From contig CM120648.1 of the NCBI GenBank assembly GCA_051362555.1, positions 17,666,587-17,730,586 on the forward strand: a stretch of 64,000 bases of DNA. Direction: 5' to 3'. A program made the translations under genes and the position numbers. Below the pieces are notes generated by a model. It was not told where the DNA came from. It worked only from the letters and a program-made list of their open reading frames with translations, and did no database searches. The DNA is from Lingula anatina (taxonomy: Eukaryota > Animalia > Brachiopoda). This document shows, one piece after another, positions 13,013-24,864 of this stretch (its first letter is position 1; every line of letters starts with the position of its first letter).

Positions 13013-14308
13013 CTATTTTTCTTCTTTTTCCTGGATAGTATTTGGCGTGCCTATCCAAGTGGCCGACTTCAGGTCGTCTCTGAGATTTTTCATTGTTTCA
13101 ACGGTGTAGGCGAGTTTTTCTGGGGTCAAATATTGGTTGATAACAAATCTCACCATGGCTCCCTCATTTGGGGTCGCCGGATAAAAGAAAACCCAAGGGT
13201 ATATCCCCTTAGAGCACAGATAGTGGTGTATTTCTACCGCCCTCTCCATCTCACCGACAACAACAGATACTATGGGGTGGTCGATGTCGGTCCTAACTGG
13301 GAACCCAGCTTCTATAAGCTGTTGTCGAAATGATTTAGACAGGTTTCGCAAATTCTCTCTCTGTTCAGTTGCCTCCATTGCCAACTCCATTGCTTTTTTC
13401 ACTCTGACGGCGCCCGAAATTTGAATAGTGTTGCTGAATATGCCTAACGTTGTAGCGTGGTTGAAACATTCAGTGACGTTACGGGTGCTGGCAATGATGC
13501 CGTTTTCACAGGTAAGGCTTATATATAAGGATGTGGTTCTTACATGAACGCCGTCTTCGAGACCAAGATGGGCGACTAAACCTTCACCTTGCTCCCCTAT
13601 TATGCCAAGTGCATGGCTCTCGTCTACGACGAGGATGCAACCAAGGTCGTGGCACAAGTCTACCAAGTCGGCCATCGGTGCTTCTTCCCCGTTAGTGCTG
13701 TAAATCGAGTCCACGACTACCACTCCGCTCCCTGTTTTTGTTATCAGTGATCGGAGGTGATCCAGATCATTGTGTTGAAACACCTGCAATCTCGACGCAG
13801 CACCAGCAACGGTCACCCCGAGTTTTAATGTTGCATGAGCAAAGTGATCAACAAAGACTGGTCGCTTGTTTCCTTTGAGCAATATCTCCATGGCTCCAAT
13901 GTTTGCTGCTGTGCAGGAGTAGGTGAGGGCAGCACTTTTGCTCTTCAGCCACCGTGCCAAGGCCCTCTCTGTATCCTTAACGGGAGAATCGACTGGATGT
14001 GAGACAACGCAGGAACAGATTCGGTCCATACCGTGACGGAGAATCGCGTCGGCGTGCACCCGGTTAAGTTCCTCGTTTTGACCAAGTCCAAGATAGTCCA
14101 AGGAAAACATATCCACGTGGTTCTCGTATTTGTTTAATGTTTCAAACGGAGAGTAAGCCGCCTTGGTCCTTGCGGCTAACTCCTGGGAGTGTTGCCCTGG
14201 TACCTGGCCTCCCATCCATCTGTTAACTGTCGTAGTAAGAGACAGGGGTCGTCGGTGGACATGGATAGATTGGTGGAACACGGAACGAAGAGATGATATG
14301 GCCTTCAT
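13013..14308 (-). CDS. CqsA/LqsA-like PLP-dependent alpha-oxoamine synthase, paralog 1 (431 aa; Schiff-base Lys replaced by Ile)
   Basis: Motifs S.DYLGL, VFVDHFAH, FQHNDLDHL...GSGVVVVDSIYSTNG, GCILVVDESHALG, TTSLYISL, IFS, VFFYPATP...VRF; start at MKAISS by homology with the paralogs; the upstream ORF extension runs into an intron and microsatellite. Confidence 0.88.
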   Translation of the reverse strand: MKAISSLRSVFHQSIHVHRRPLSLTTTVNRWMGGQVPGQHSQELAARTKAAYSPFETLNKYENHVDMFSLDYLGLGQNEELNRVHADAILRHGMDRICSCVVSHPVDSPVKDTERALARWLKSKSAALTYSCTAANIGAMEILLKGNKRPVFVDHFAHATLKLGVTVAGAASRLQVFQHNDLDHLRSLITKTGSGVVVVDSIYSTNGEEAPMADLVDLCHDLGCILVVDESHALGIIGEQGEGLVAHLGLEDGVHVRTTSLYISLTCENGIIASTRNVTECFNHATTLGIFSNTIQISGAVRVKKAMELAMEATEQRENLRNLSKSFRQQLIEAGFPVRTDIDHPIVSVVVGEMERAVEIHHYLCSKGIYPWVFFYPATPNEGAMVRFVINQYLTPEKLAYTVETMKNLRDDLKSATWIGTPNTIQEKEEK

Positions 14309-14359
14309 GACAATGTCAACAGCGTATCCCTGATTCATGAGAAAAATGAAGTTTAACTT

Positions 14360-14454
<95 letters not shown>
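14360..14454. repeat. Compound (CA)n(TA)n(TG)n microsatellite in the 5'UTR intron
   Basis: Directly visible. Confidence 0.9.
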
Positions 14455-14458
<4 letters not shown>

Positions 14459-15015
14459 AAATAGATAGAAATTTTCGAATGAATTATCAAATACACATTC
14501 GGGATATGTTGTTATGACATGTTTAAATTTTTATTTTTCATATTCATTCAACAATCTGATGGTTTGTATCGCATAAAATTCAGAATGAGCATGTTTTACG
14601 GGGTCACCGTAGACCGCCAAATGCTTCACCAAGGGGATGTCACTACTTTTATCGAATAGCATTGATTTATTGAAAGCAAGATTAATTTTGGTATTTTTCC
14701 TATAAGGTGTTTTGATAGATTTTTTAGGTATATGAATAAGTAAAACATTATATATACTCGTATTTCCCCCTCTCTAGCTCGCTGTTATAAATCTTGAAAA
14801 GAGATATCTGTATCTGCAAGTTAAATCTACCGTATGTCTCCACAGGTCAGCTATATGGACACATTTTTGGATAACTCTCATATGTAAATTTTTAATGCAA
14901 ACAATAACAATGCCTTAAAACAGATCCATTCTGTTTTTCTTCTAAAACTAAGTTGCTAGTATCTGGAAAATCTTAAAAAACAAGTTTACACATGACTATT
15001 GAGAATAAAACATAC

Positions 15016-15089
15016 CTGAGGCGTGGCTCGTCCTCATAGGAAGTTCACGTCACTTAGTCGTCTCGTGTGTGGCTGATATGTAGCTGCTC
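15016..15089 (-). other. Putative non-coding 5'UTR exon of synthase paralog 1
   Basis: Acceptor tttgttttcag|, donor ctcag|gtatgt; the intron ends at tcatgaatcag| (14330) 21 nt before ATG; shares AAGTGAC..GAAC..CTCAG with the equivalent exons of paralogs 2 and 3. Confidence 0.6.
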
Positions 15090-16694
15090 CTGAAAACAAA
15101 CGTTTTTATTTGGTCCACCAAGGAACTTATAGTACTGCTTTGCATAAAGAATAAGGAAGCGTTATCAAAAGACACATTCTTCTTGGAAAGGATTGATTAA
15201 CATGGTCATTTCAATCATTGACCAGAGATAAAATATTCATTCATTCAAGATTAATTGCTGCTTCGTGTTCTTGGTGTCTAAATACATCTTTTATGTATGA
15301 GGGTGTTCAAATAGCTACAGGTATAATGGTGCTCAGTGGGCTGACAGAAAACAGTAGAGATCAGCTAAAACGGAAAAAGCCAAAGTGATAGAGGGTATCT
15401 GACTGAGTCTGTGACTCTTCTGTTCAAAGGTCAGTCGCTGTATGGATGCTCTCTACTTTTTATCAATTCATTTGATACCACACAGTTAAGATTTAGTAAG
15501 TCAAGGTCTTGCTTTGACAAACCATTTGACATACAATTACACCTATATTTAAGGAACCATAGTAACCAAGTAAACTAAACTCAAATGAATAAGTTGAACA
15601 AGAGTAAAAATGTGTAATGTTGGCACAAATTAGTACTTAAACTCTGAGACAGTAAGCAGCAGTTAGTTAAAGGCACCATGCAACTGTCCATAACACGATT
15701 TCTATCTTTATTGAATAATCACTTCAGGCAATTTGAAATACGATAATTTGACATAATACAAGTGGCTATCTTCATAAGAGGTTTCTTTACCAACCAAACA
15801 CACCAAAGACAGAACGTTTTATAACTTTACCATAACGTTTCCACATATTTATGGTACGGTTACAGTAACGTGTTGTGCTTTTGAGTATCTCATTTGAATT
15901 TGATATAACGCAAAATAATCTATGGATCAATTTTATGCCAGAGGCGCCAGAAAATCAAACCCTGATACCATTCGATACCAATTAAAAGAGGGAAATCTCA
16001 GGAAAAGGTAACAAACTTAAATAAAAGACGGAGTCATGCTTTCAAACGGTGTTAAAGGACTGTGATTTTCAGGAAGGAATTTAATCTTTATAAATTTTCT
16101 AACAGCTCCCAGTGACGAGTTAAATCCCATTTACATCCCTCGTGCGACCTTTGTGCGATCATGAAATTGACCAGGTCGTCGTTGGACGCCCAACGGAAGC
16201 CCGATGATTGCTAAAGACACTTTCACACCATGCACAAAAGAGGTACGTAAGTGTAGCCTAAAACTGTGAAAATAGCACTTTATTTATTCTGCAGATGCTA
16301 AAGCGCAGGGATATGTTGCTCGTTCGCGGTCACCCTATCGTATGCCAAACGTATGAGTAACGTACGACTCAAACGCTCGTGTAATTTTAAAATTTTGAAC
16401 ATTCTCAAAATATTCTTTCAGCCTCTGCGATTGCGAACGTACACCAGTGTTACTTGGGTACGCGGAAGGTATGCGACGTAAGACGAACATACCCCTTACG
16501 TTTGTCTGCATACGTGTAATTTTTCCCATACGTTGGCGCTATATGCTATAGTGGGACAGGGCCTTTGATTAAGATGGCTTATGGAATTTACTCCACATTA
16601 ATATTCCAACATTTTAATAAAGAAATAAAACGTCATACTGAGGATACTTGCATGTGGAATTCTGTAAACAGTCTTGTTTTAAAACTAGACCATG

Positions 16695-16985
16695 CGCATT
16701 AAATTGCGAAATTATACAATTATTTACACAAATAACACTGTGTCACCCCATTTGTCACGGTTCATGGTCCATCTTCCAAGATCATCCTAGACTACACTGA
16801 CCCGCTCTTCCTTTATTTATCTTTCACACGTCAGGGTCAGCACGCTTATCGGACGCTCCATAGACGACTGGCATTTTATATTGTGACATCGCCAAATTGT
16901 TTTGGCTAGGTAATGTCCTTTTTAACGAAATTATTCTAACCAACGCGCCAAAGCTGCCAGTTCTAGACGGTCAAACCATCTGTGT
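16695..16985 (+). promoter_or_regulatory. Conserved non-coding block upstream of paralog 2 (duplicated at ~21934-22175 upstream of paralog 3)
   Basis: Shared CCCCATTTGTCACGGTTCATG...TATTTATCTTTCACACG...GGACGCTCCATAGACGACTG; function inferred. Confidence 0.5.
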
Positions 16986-18476
16986 TCCTCGCCTTGCCTG
17001 CTTTCCAGGGATTATCATCGTGCATTTACATTTTAGATTTTGTCGATTTTTATATGGCATTTAAAGTCATACACCTCTTTGCTAATATTTATGAGCATTT
17101 CCTTCTTCGTCTTATGGTTATTATTATTATTACAAAAATAATAATGTTGAACTCCAAAGGCACATTTTCTGAGTAGTTTTAGCGTAACTGACCAAGATAA
17201 CAAACGATCGTCTCTTGAGATTAAAAATTAAAACAATACCCAAAGTCTGGTATAGTAGAACATTTTGCACACTGACTGCTAGGCACATTTCTGATTAAAA
17301 TCTCGTTCAATAATATTCAGAAAGAAATATTTGTTCTACATTATTAACTTGAAATTAAAGAATGTCGCCAATACTCATATTTCCGAAACTATTTTTAGCG
17401 TTTGCGCAACTATCTAAACAATCCCTACCCTTTCGCAAACTGTTAGATTAATGATCATAATTTTGCAATAGTACGTCTTTTCATTCTTTTCTAATTTGAC
17501 GTCACTATGTCACACCTACAGCTTAAAATTTATTACAGTTACGTTACTCATTTTCCCAGTCAATCTACGTCACTTGTTGACAGGACATGGCGACCATCGA
17601 CCATATCAAGGTGACCACAAGCTACAGCGTAACCAGGTATATGTAGGCCAGATAAATTAGATACAGTAGCTCTTTATATTTATAGCCTTTATGAAACGCC
17701 TCAAAGATTACGAATAAACAGAACTTGAATTGTTATTCATAGTAGGTGAAAGCATGTCAAGAAACGTTTATATCTTATGAACGCCCACGGAAACCCCACT
17801 GGCCCCGATCCTGATACCCACGTGTAGTTAAATAGCAACATGTTAGCACTGGTCATGCCGTGCCATTGTGCCCCAAACTGTTGTTTACTTAGGATAGGTC
17901 TAATCTCTGCACGACCTCTCAATTATTTTGCTAAAATTAGACTATTTTTTAACTGTGTGGGCCCACTTGTCACGGTTCACCTGGTATGAACGGTATAAAA
18001 GAAGATAATATCCATACAATGACAGATTTTAAAACAGAAGATTCACAGTATAGTCGACAGGTGCACCTTTTAGCGTTTTCGTGTTCTTCGAATTTTTAAT
18101 CCTCACTGCTGCCACCGCCAATTTTGCCCGTTACAAACTTGACTCTGTCGACCATCATAAAAGCGATTTTTATTTTTCCTGCTGCTATTAAGTGACCCTT
18201 TGTGAACTCTGCGGACGATCTGCAACTCAGGTAGGTTTAATTTAACATAAAACTTGAAATGGAAATACCCGACATATACTCGTGCGCTGGTTGCTCCGGT
18301 CATGTGTAGATGAAAGGAATTTTCAGAAAGGAAATTATACATTTGATGGTGACAATTATATGTTGTTTATCAATTGTAGTTCGTTTTTCATCTTATTGTT
18401 TGAAGATATAAATATTTCTTAATTTATGTTTTTAAATTGATTTATTTTATAATCAGGAATCTTTGCTAAAGCCGTC

Positions 18477-19775
18477 ATGAAGGCTATTTCAACTATTCGT
18501 ACCGTGTTCCACCAAACTATCCATGCCAACCGACGACCCCTGTCTCTTACTACGACAGTTAAGAGATGGATGGGAGGCCAGTTACCAGGGCAACACTCCC
18601 AGGAGTTAGCCGCAAGGACCACGATGGCTTACTCCCCGTTTGAAACATTAAACAAATACGAGAGCCACGTGGATTTGTTCTCTTGCGACTATCTTGGCCT
18701 TGGTCAAAACGAGGAGCTTAACTGGGTACACGCCTATTCGATTCTCCGTCACGGAATGGACAGAATCTGTTCCTGCGTTGTCTCACACCCAGGCGATTCT
18801 CCTGTTAGGGATACTGAGAGGGCCTTGGCGCGGTGGTTGAAGAGCGAAAGTGCTGCCCTCACCTATTCCTGCACAGCAGCAAACATTGGAGCTATGGAGA
18901 TATTGCTCAAAGGAAACCAGCGACCAGTCTACGTGGACCGTTTTGCTCATGCGACACTTCAAGTTGGAGTGACTTTTGCCGGTGCTGCGGGGAGATTGCA
19001 TGTGTTTCAACACAATGATCTGGATCACCTCCGATCACTGATAACAAAAACAGGGAGCGGAGTGGTAGTCGTGGACTCGATTTACAGCACTAACGGAGAG
19101 GAAGCACCGATGGCCGACTTGGTGGACTTGTGCCACGACCTTGGTTGCATCCTCGTCGTAGATGAAAGCCACGCACTTGGCGTAATAGGGGAGCAAGGTG
19201 AAGGTTTAGTCGCCCATCTTGGTCTCGAAGACGGCGTTCATGTAAGAACCACATCATTACATAAAAGCCTTACATGCGATAATGGTGTCATTGCCAGTAG
19301 CCGTGACGTCACAGACTGCTTCAACCACGCCACAACGTTAGGCATATTCAGCAATGCCATGCAAATCTCTGGCGCAATGAGAGTGAAAAAAGCAATGGAG
19401 TTGGCAATGCAGGCAACTGAACAGAGAGAGAACTTGCGAAAAATGTCTAAATCATTCCGACAACAGCTTAAAGAAGCTGGCTTCCCGGTTAGGACCGACA
19501 TCGACCACCCCATAGTATCTGTAGTTGTCGGTCAGTCTGCTAGGGCGGTAGAAATACATCACTATCTGTGCTCTAAGGGGATATACCCTTGGGTTTTCTT
19601 TTATCCGGCGACCCCAAAAGACGGAGCCATGGTGAGATTTGTGATCAACCAATATTTGACCCCAGAGAAACTCGCCTACACCGTTGAAACAATGAAGAAT
19701 CTCAGAGATGATCTAAAGCCATCCACTGGTATGGGTAGAGAGGAGAGAAGTGTAATCAGTCAAGCTATCATATAA
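18477..19775 (+). CDS. CqsA/LqsA-like PLP-dependent alpha-oxoamine synthase, paralog 2 (432 aa)
   Basis: VYVDRFAH, HNDLDHL, VVDSIYSTNG, VDESHALG, TTSLHKSL (Lys at 19263-65), PATPK...VRF; 5'UTR intron 18231-18456 (gtaggt...ataatcag). Confidence 0.92.
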   Translation: MKAISTIRTVFHQTIHANRRPLSLTTTVKRWMGGQLPGQHSQELAARTTMAYSPFETLNKYESHVDLFSCDYLGLGQNEELNWVHAYSILRHGMDRICSCVVSHPGDSPVRDTERALARWLKSESAALTYSCTAANIGAMEILLKGNQRPVYVDRFAHATLQVGVTFAGAAGRLHVFQHNDLDHLRSLITKTGSGVVVVDSIYSTNGEEAPMADLVDLCHDLGCILVVDESHALGVIGEQGEGLVAHLGLEDGVHVRTTSLHKSLTCDNGVIASSRDVTDCFNHATTLGIFSNAMQISGAMRVKKAMELAMQATEQRENLRKMSKSFRQQLKEAGFPVRTDIDHPIVSVVVGQSARAVEIHHYLCSKGIYPWVFFYPATPKDGAMVRFVINQYLTPEKLAYTVETMKNLRDDLKPSTGMGREERSVISQAII

Positions 19776-20345
19776 TCAAGATCATAGATCAACGCATATA
19801 ACCTTTATTTAGCATTGTCAGCCTAGAAGAAGACATTGTTGGGTTCAAGATAAACAGAAGATCGAATGTATTCAGTATGTGGTATTCTGCATTTAGACAT
19901 TACTAACCCATCGTGTCTCCAGCCAGGGACTACAAGCACAACATAATTTATATACACGTATACAAAACACTCTTTTGAATTATTTATAGACTGAACACAA
20001 GTTAACGGATACGCGTTACTGGCAGATTCAATAAATTTTAATTACTAGGGCAATAAGATCATAAATATTTAACAATACAGATGAACAATATTGCTGTAAT
20101 GAATAGGGATGGACATTTTGCTTAGTTAATTTTTGGTTTTAAATTGATTCTACGCCATTGCTTTCCCTCCCGGGGACAGCCATAACATTTTTCTTATATG
20201 GCCCCCTTACCTTATACACCATGTCATTTTCTATTCATATTCTCTATTTTAAAAGACAATTTTAAAAGACAATCTTATTCGTTATCCTCCATATAGAGAC
20301 AAGGGAAGATAAATGGGACACTAAAAAGTAGAATTGACAGCCACA

Positions 20346-20347
<2 letters not shown>

Positions 20348-20434
<87 letters not shown>
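20348..20434. repeat. (TA)n + poly-T simple repeat
   Basis: Directly visible. Confidence 0.9.
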
Positions 20435-20435
<1 letters not shown>

Positions 20436-21933
20436 GTAAGGAACCACAAGTACAACTTCCTAAGTACATGTATGTAAATATATCACCTCTTAAAGTACAA
20501 TCCATTGGTCATTGCAGAGAGATAATAATAACGAGAGGCGTGTACGACATACCGAGGTTCCCATGTGAATATATTTAACGGTTTACATTAGGACACTGTA
20601 ATATGCCGCAAGCATTTAACGTTAAGAGCAATAATATATTTACCGGTAAAGCTAATTCATATATTTAACTTCTTTCAGGGATGTTTAAACATTTGGATTA
20701 GGTTCCGAACGGAGCAAACTATTAATTGTTATTATAGTTTTAATTCTTCTACATTAACATATTCTTCTTATGCGTTTTTTTTTTATTTCTTTCATTCCTT
20801 TATACCATTCCTTGATATTTTGAAGTTTTAATGAGCTGATAACAAATTTATCATGATTTAAGCATTTTACTTAATGTTTACTGGATCAAAGGGCTGTCGA
20901 TAAAATACAACACTATTGTGAAACTAAGAATAGAATGTTTTAAACATGTATATCTTATAATTGATATACGTATTTGAAGTATAGTAATAGGGGCAAACCT
21001 TTCATACAAAGTGTTAAAATAGTTTTGCCCCACAGTAATTACAACTAACTTACAACAGTTATTCAATAAGGACATCAAAAGTCAAACTAAGTCTACGCAT
21101 GGTGGTTTTTGTAAAATATCTTGTTAAATATTACCCTAGGTTCTAGATTCCGGTATTGCCAGCTCGATCTTGATTTCATATATAACCCATGTCGCAATAC
21201 CAGGCTCTAGTGCACAGCGGCCATGTTAGGCTCCCGTCAATCAAATAGAACGGCTCCGCAGTGAATCTGCAGTTGAATGTCATCAGACCAAAATGAAACG
21301 TAAAACAGATTTAATTCTGCTTTATTTAATTTCATTTGCTGTATTTAAGATATGTTAAGTGAGAAATAAATAATATGTTTCTAAAAGAAAAAGGTAGATT
21401 CAATGTTTTTGTATTTTTCACCTATCAAAGAACATTTAGTCCTGAGATAATAGACACAATACACGTGCTTGCCGTGTGCCAAGTTTGACAGCTACACTGG
21501 ATGCCCGATACCACTATAAGGGCTGCGCAGTGGCAACACCAAAATCAATTTTTAAAGCAGAATGTTGCTTGTATTGTGGCACTGACCTTCGACTGCAAGA
21601 TATTTTCAATTCAAACTTCTAAAACCGCGCCAGACACTTTGATTCTTGTCTCGTCTGCACGAGATTATGTCAGCGCAAGGCGGGAAAGGCAGCTCCAGGC
21701 GGTTAAACCTGTGACGTACGAGACTTATGACTTCCAAATATGGATCCAGGCGGACACAGCTGCGACGTGTGACTTCCAAGTATGGAAGCGCCCCAGGCAA
21801 AATTTTGAAGAAGAACGCCCTCAGATTGTCGCTGTTCGTCAGAGCTAGTGAAAGTGACTCCAAGGTATATTAGATACTAAACAAACTAACTTTCACGTTG
21901 CTCTGACACTCAGGGTAGTTAAATATACGTTGT

Positions 21934-22175
21934 GCATTAAATTGCTTTAAGTATACAATTATTTACATAAACAATGGTGTGCGGCCCCATTTGTCACGGT
22001 TCATGTCCATCTACTTAAAACATCCCAGGCTACATTGACCCGCCCTTCCTCTATTTATCTTTCACACGGTAACCACAGCCGCTGGTCACCACGCTTGTTG
22101 GACGCTCCATAGACGACTGTCATTTTCCCTTTAGCGGAAATAGAGATAGCCAGTTTAAGACGGCCAAATAATCCG
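21934..22175 (+). promoter_or_regulatory. Second copy of the conserved upstream non-coding block
   Basis: Paralogous to 16695-16985. Confidence 0.5.
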
Positions 22176-24383
22176 CACTTCTTTTCGACTCGATGAGCAT
22201 GCAAATGTCCAAAACAATTTTTTTTTCATTTTTTTTTTTTTTTTGGGGGGGGGGTAAATAAAACTGCAAGGGAAGACTCGGTCTCCGCTAAATTATGTCT
22301 GTAGATTTAAGAAGACCCCCAGGGCATGATCCACGCAGTTAAGATTAGATATCTGTCACAAAAACACCTTATATCATCGGGCGGTAATATGTCATATTCA
22401 TCTACATATATCGCATCACATCTCTGCGAGCAAGTAATCATTATCTGTTGATCTTTTGTTAAATATAAATTGAGAATAATTTTATTGAAAAGCATTTGCT
22501 TTAACCATTTTTTTTTACCTTTATAATGAATATAAATATAATAATAATACAAAATATTCACTATCGTGTATTGCCATGTACATCGTAAGCACATGCTGCT
22601 GACGCGTTGCGTAACAAAAAGATTCGCGACGTTGATGTGCAGTGTAGCATAAGAACACTGCCTAAAGGGAGATAATATAGATAGAAGGACATACTTTAAC
22701 ACAGAAGAGTCACTTGGTCAACAAAACACCCTTTATAGTCTTCGAGTTATTCAATTTCTTAGTCCTCTCTACTGAGATAGCTGATGGTCAAGACACGCCA
22801 TTTGGGCCAATAGCTGCTAACAAGTGACATTTGAACATTCTACGGCTCAGGTATGACTCATTTCTCAATACATTTATAATAGAAATGACATTATACTGTA
22901 TGCCCAGTATGAAGGTAGCTCCAGTAATGTGTACATTAATAATTTGAGACCTTCATGATATTTTGATAAAAGATATTAAAACAAAAGAGTTAAAAATTTT
23001 AATGATCCCGTTTTAGACATTGTCACCATGTGCAATATTTGGCATGTGTGGAATATACAGGAATATATGCTAACGATATTGGCCAGAAGAAAAGATGAAA
23101 CTAGCAGATTATTTAGTTGAGCATACAGTTTGCTCTTTTTCTTGAAGAATTTCTGATAACAAATTTAATTTATGTAAACTTACATGTTTGTTGCCCTTGA
23201 CCACCATGCGTCATTTACTGTTCACAGTATTAAACAGAAAGGGGAAATCTGCCAGGATGTGTACCTTTAATGGCAACAAATGTCTTTTGTTTATTTACTT
23301 TTGTCCATTTGCTTTCTTTTTAATTATTTGAATATACATTTACTTATATTAAGTGTATAGAAAATCACATCGTTTCCTCCACGTTGTCCGACGACCGTTT
23401 TCCCCTAAGTCTCTTCAGGGGTGTAGGGGAAGGCGGGGACCGACTGACACCCTATTGTAATAAAAACTGAGATGTCAGGGAAATTATTACCCTCGGGTAT
23501 TCAGTAATTTTTCTTTTCAGAAGGAAGCTTATTTATGTACCTTGTGGTGTAAGTTTGAGAAATCCCCTGTGATTGTTTATAAAGTAAATTCAGTTTTACC
23601 ATATGGGACACACATACTAAAATCTTAAAGAAAAATATATATTTATCCATTGCTATGCATTGTAACACCAAGTTGTAGCTGGCATTGAATTATGTGCACT
23701 GCACTGTTGTTCACCTCTGATAACTTCTTAAAATTTAACCGTGCTTAACAACAAAAAATCACCAAAAGCATATATTATTTGACCGAAATAATACAAGATT
23801 TATTTAAAACATTTCTATTTTGTCAATAAATAACACATCATCCACCTCTATTTTTTTCTGACAGAGGTTTAGTAATTACATTAAAGTGTCGTTTTACGTT
23901 AAAGTGTCGTTTTCTCCAGTCTCCATCAGTGTGCCATATATACATGCCCAGGGGCGAACTAACCGGGGGGTAGATTGGGCGGACCTGCCCCTGACTTCCT
24001 TTTCAAGCATACGATTGCATAATATCTGTAAGATTTATCCAAAGAATCTGTCACAGTAAGGCCATATATCCTGCGTAATACACGCTATACTCAAGTCACT
24101 AAAATAGGCACCTAATAGAGACTTTAAATTATTTTCCAGTGTAAAATAAATTGCGAGATCCTGCTTGCGCGTCACGTTACGTCAACCAGTCTTTTAATGA
24201 TTTCACGTGTCACGTGCCCATTCAAAAAGTTACGTTTCACTTTCGACATAAGAGGGTGTCCAGACTTGCAAAGGGGGTAAACTAGCTCCGCCCTACCTAT
24301 ACAGATTTCAAATTACATTATAATAATTGTCCTTGCCGCCCATCTATCTCCTGTTTCATATCGTAATTTTGAAATCTTTGTAC

Positions 24384-24420
24384 GCCCCTGAAGAACCTTC
24401 GGGCAAAACGGCCGTCGGGC
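24384..24420 (+). ncRNA. Type I hammerhead ribozyme-like motif (GAAA core altered to AAAA); degenerate inverted copy at ~23386-23422
   Basis: GCCC-CTGAAGA-aCCttcgGGc-AAAAC-GGCC-GTC-GGGC: stem I GCCC/GGGC, UUCG-capped stem II, palindromic stem III. Confidence 0.55.
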
Positions 24421-24544
24421 AAAAAAGGACGGAGGAAACAGTCAAATTTTGTTCATTTTTTTAAATCTATTGAATCTATTGATTGGATCCAAACAATGGA
24501 TAGAAAATGATTTGTGGTAAAAAGACAATATTGGCTTTATTTCG

Positions 24545-24582
<38 letters not shown>

Positions 24583-24864
24583 AAAACGTTTTTCCTGTAC
24601 GAGTAATATTATATATAATAAAAGAAAAAGAAGAACAGCAACTTTCTTGCCCCGACCGGTTTCTTTCTTTCTTCAGGGGGTTTTGTTTATTTGTTACTAG
24701 GTGATGTCATAAAGGCTTAAATGTGACGTCTTTAACAATGAGTGTTTAATTGTTACTTTTACCAATGCTTTTATCTATTCAATGTAGGTTTATACTTATT
24801 AATGAATAGATTTTCTTTTATTTCCCTTTCTGTTTGGGTTGTTTCCCTGGTGAATTTATAAAAT

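Noticed and set aside
13004-13333. Antisense and alternate-frame ORFs overlapping the synthase, Tc1 and lectin genes
   Set aside because: Shadow ORFs that recur only because the sense genes are paralogous
18477-19775. Ordinary ALAS, KBL/GCAT, SPT or BioF annotation
   Set aside because: Lacks NHAS and GVFSMDG/DEVH/DDAH-type signatures; has the CqsA-type FAH, DSIYST and DESH motifs (phylogeny still needed)
20262-20505. Low-complexity ORFs (also 44043, 60507, 60552, 62449)
   Set aside because: Translations of (TA)n, poly-T and (TG)n tracts
21501-21848. 115-aa ORF
   Set aside because: No recognisable domain; contains short internal repeats and probably lies within a non-coding repeat
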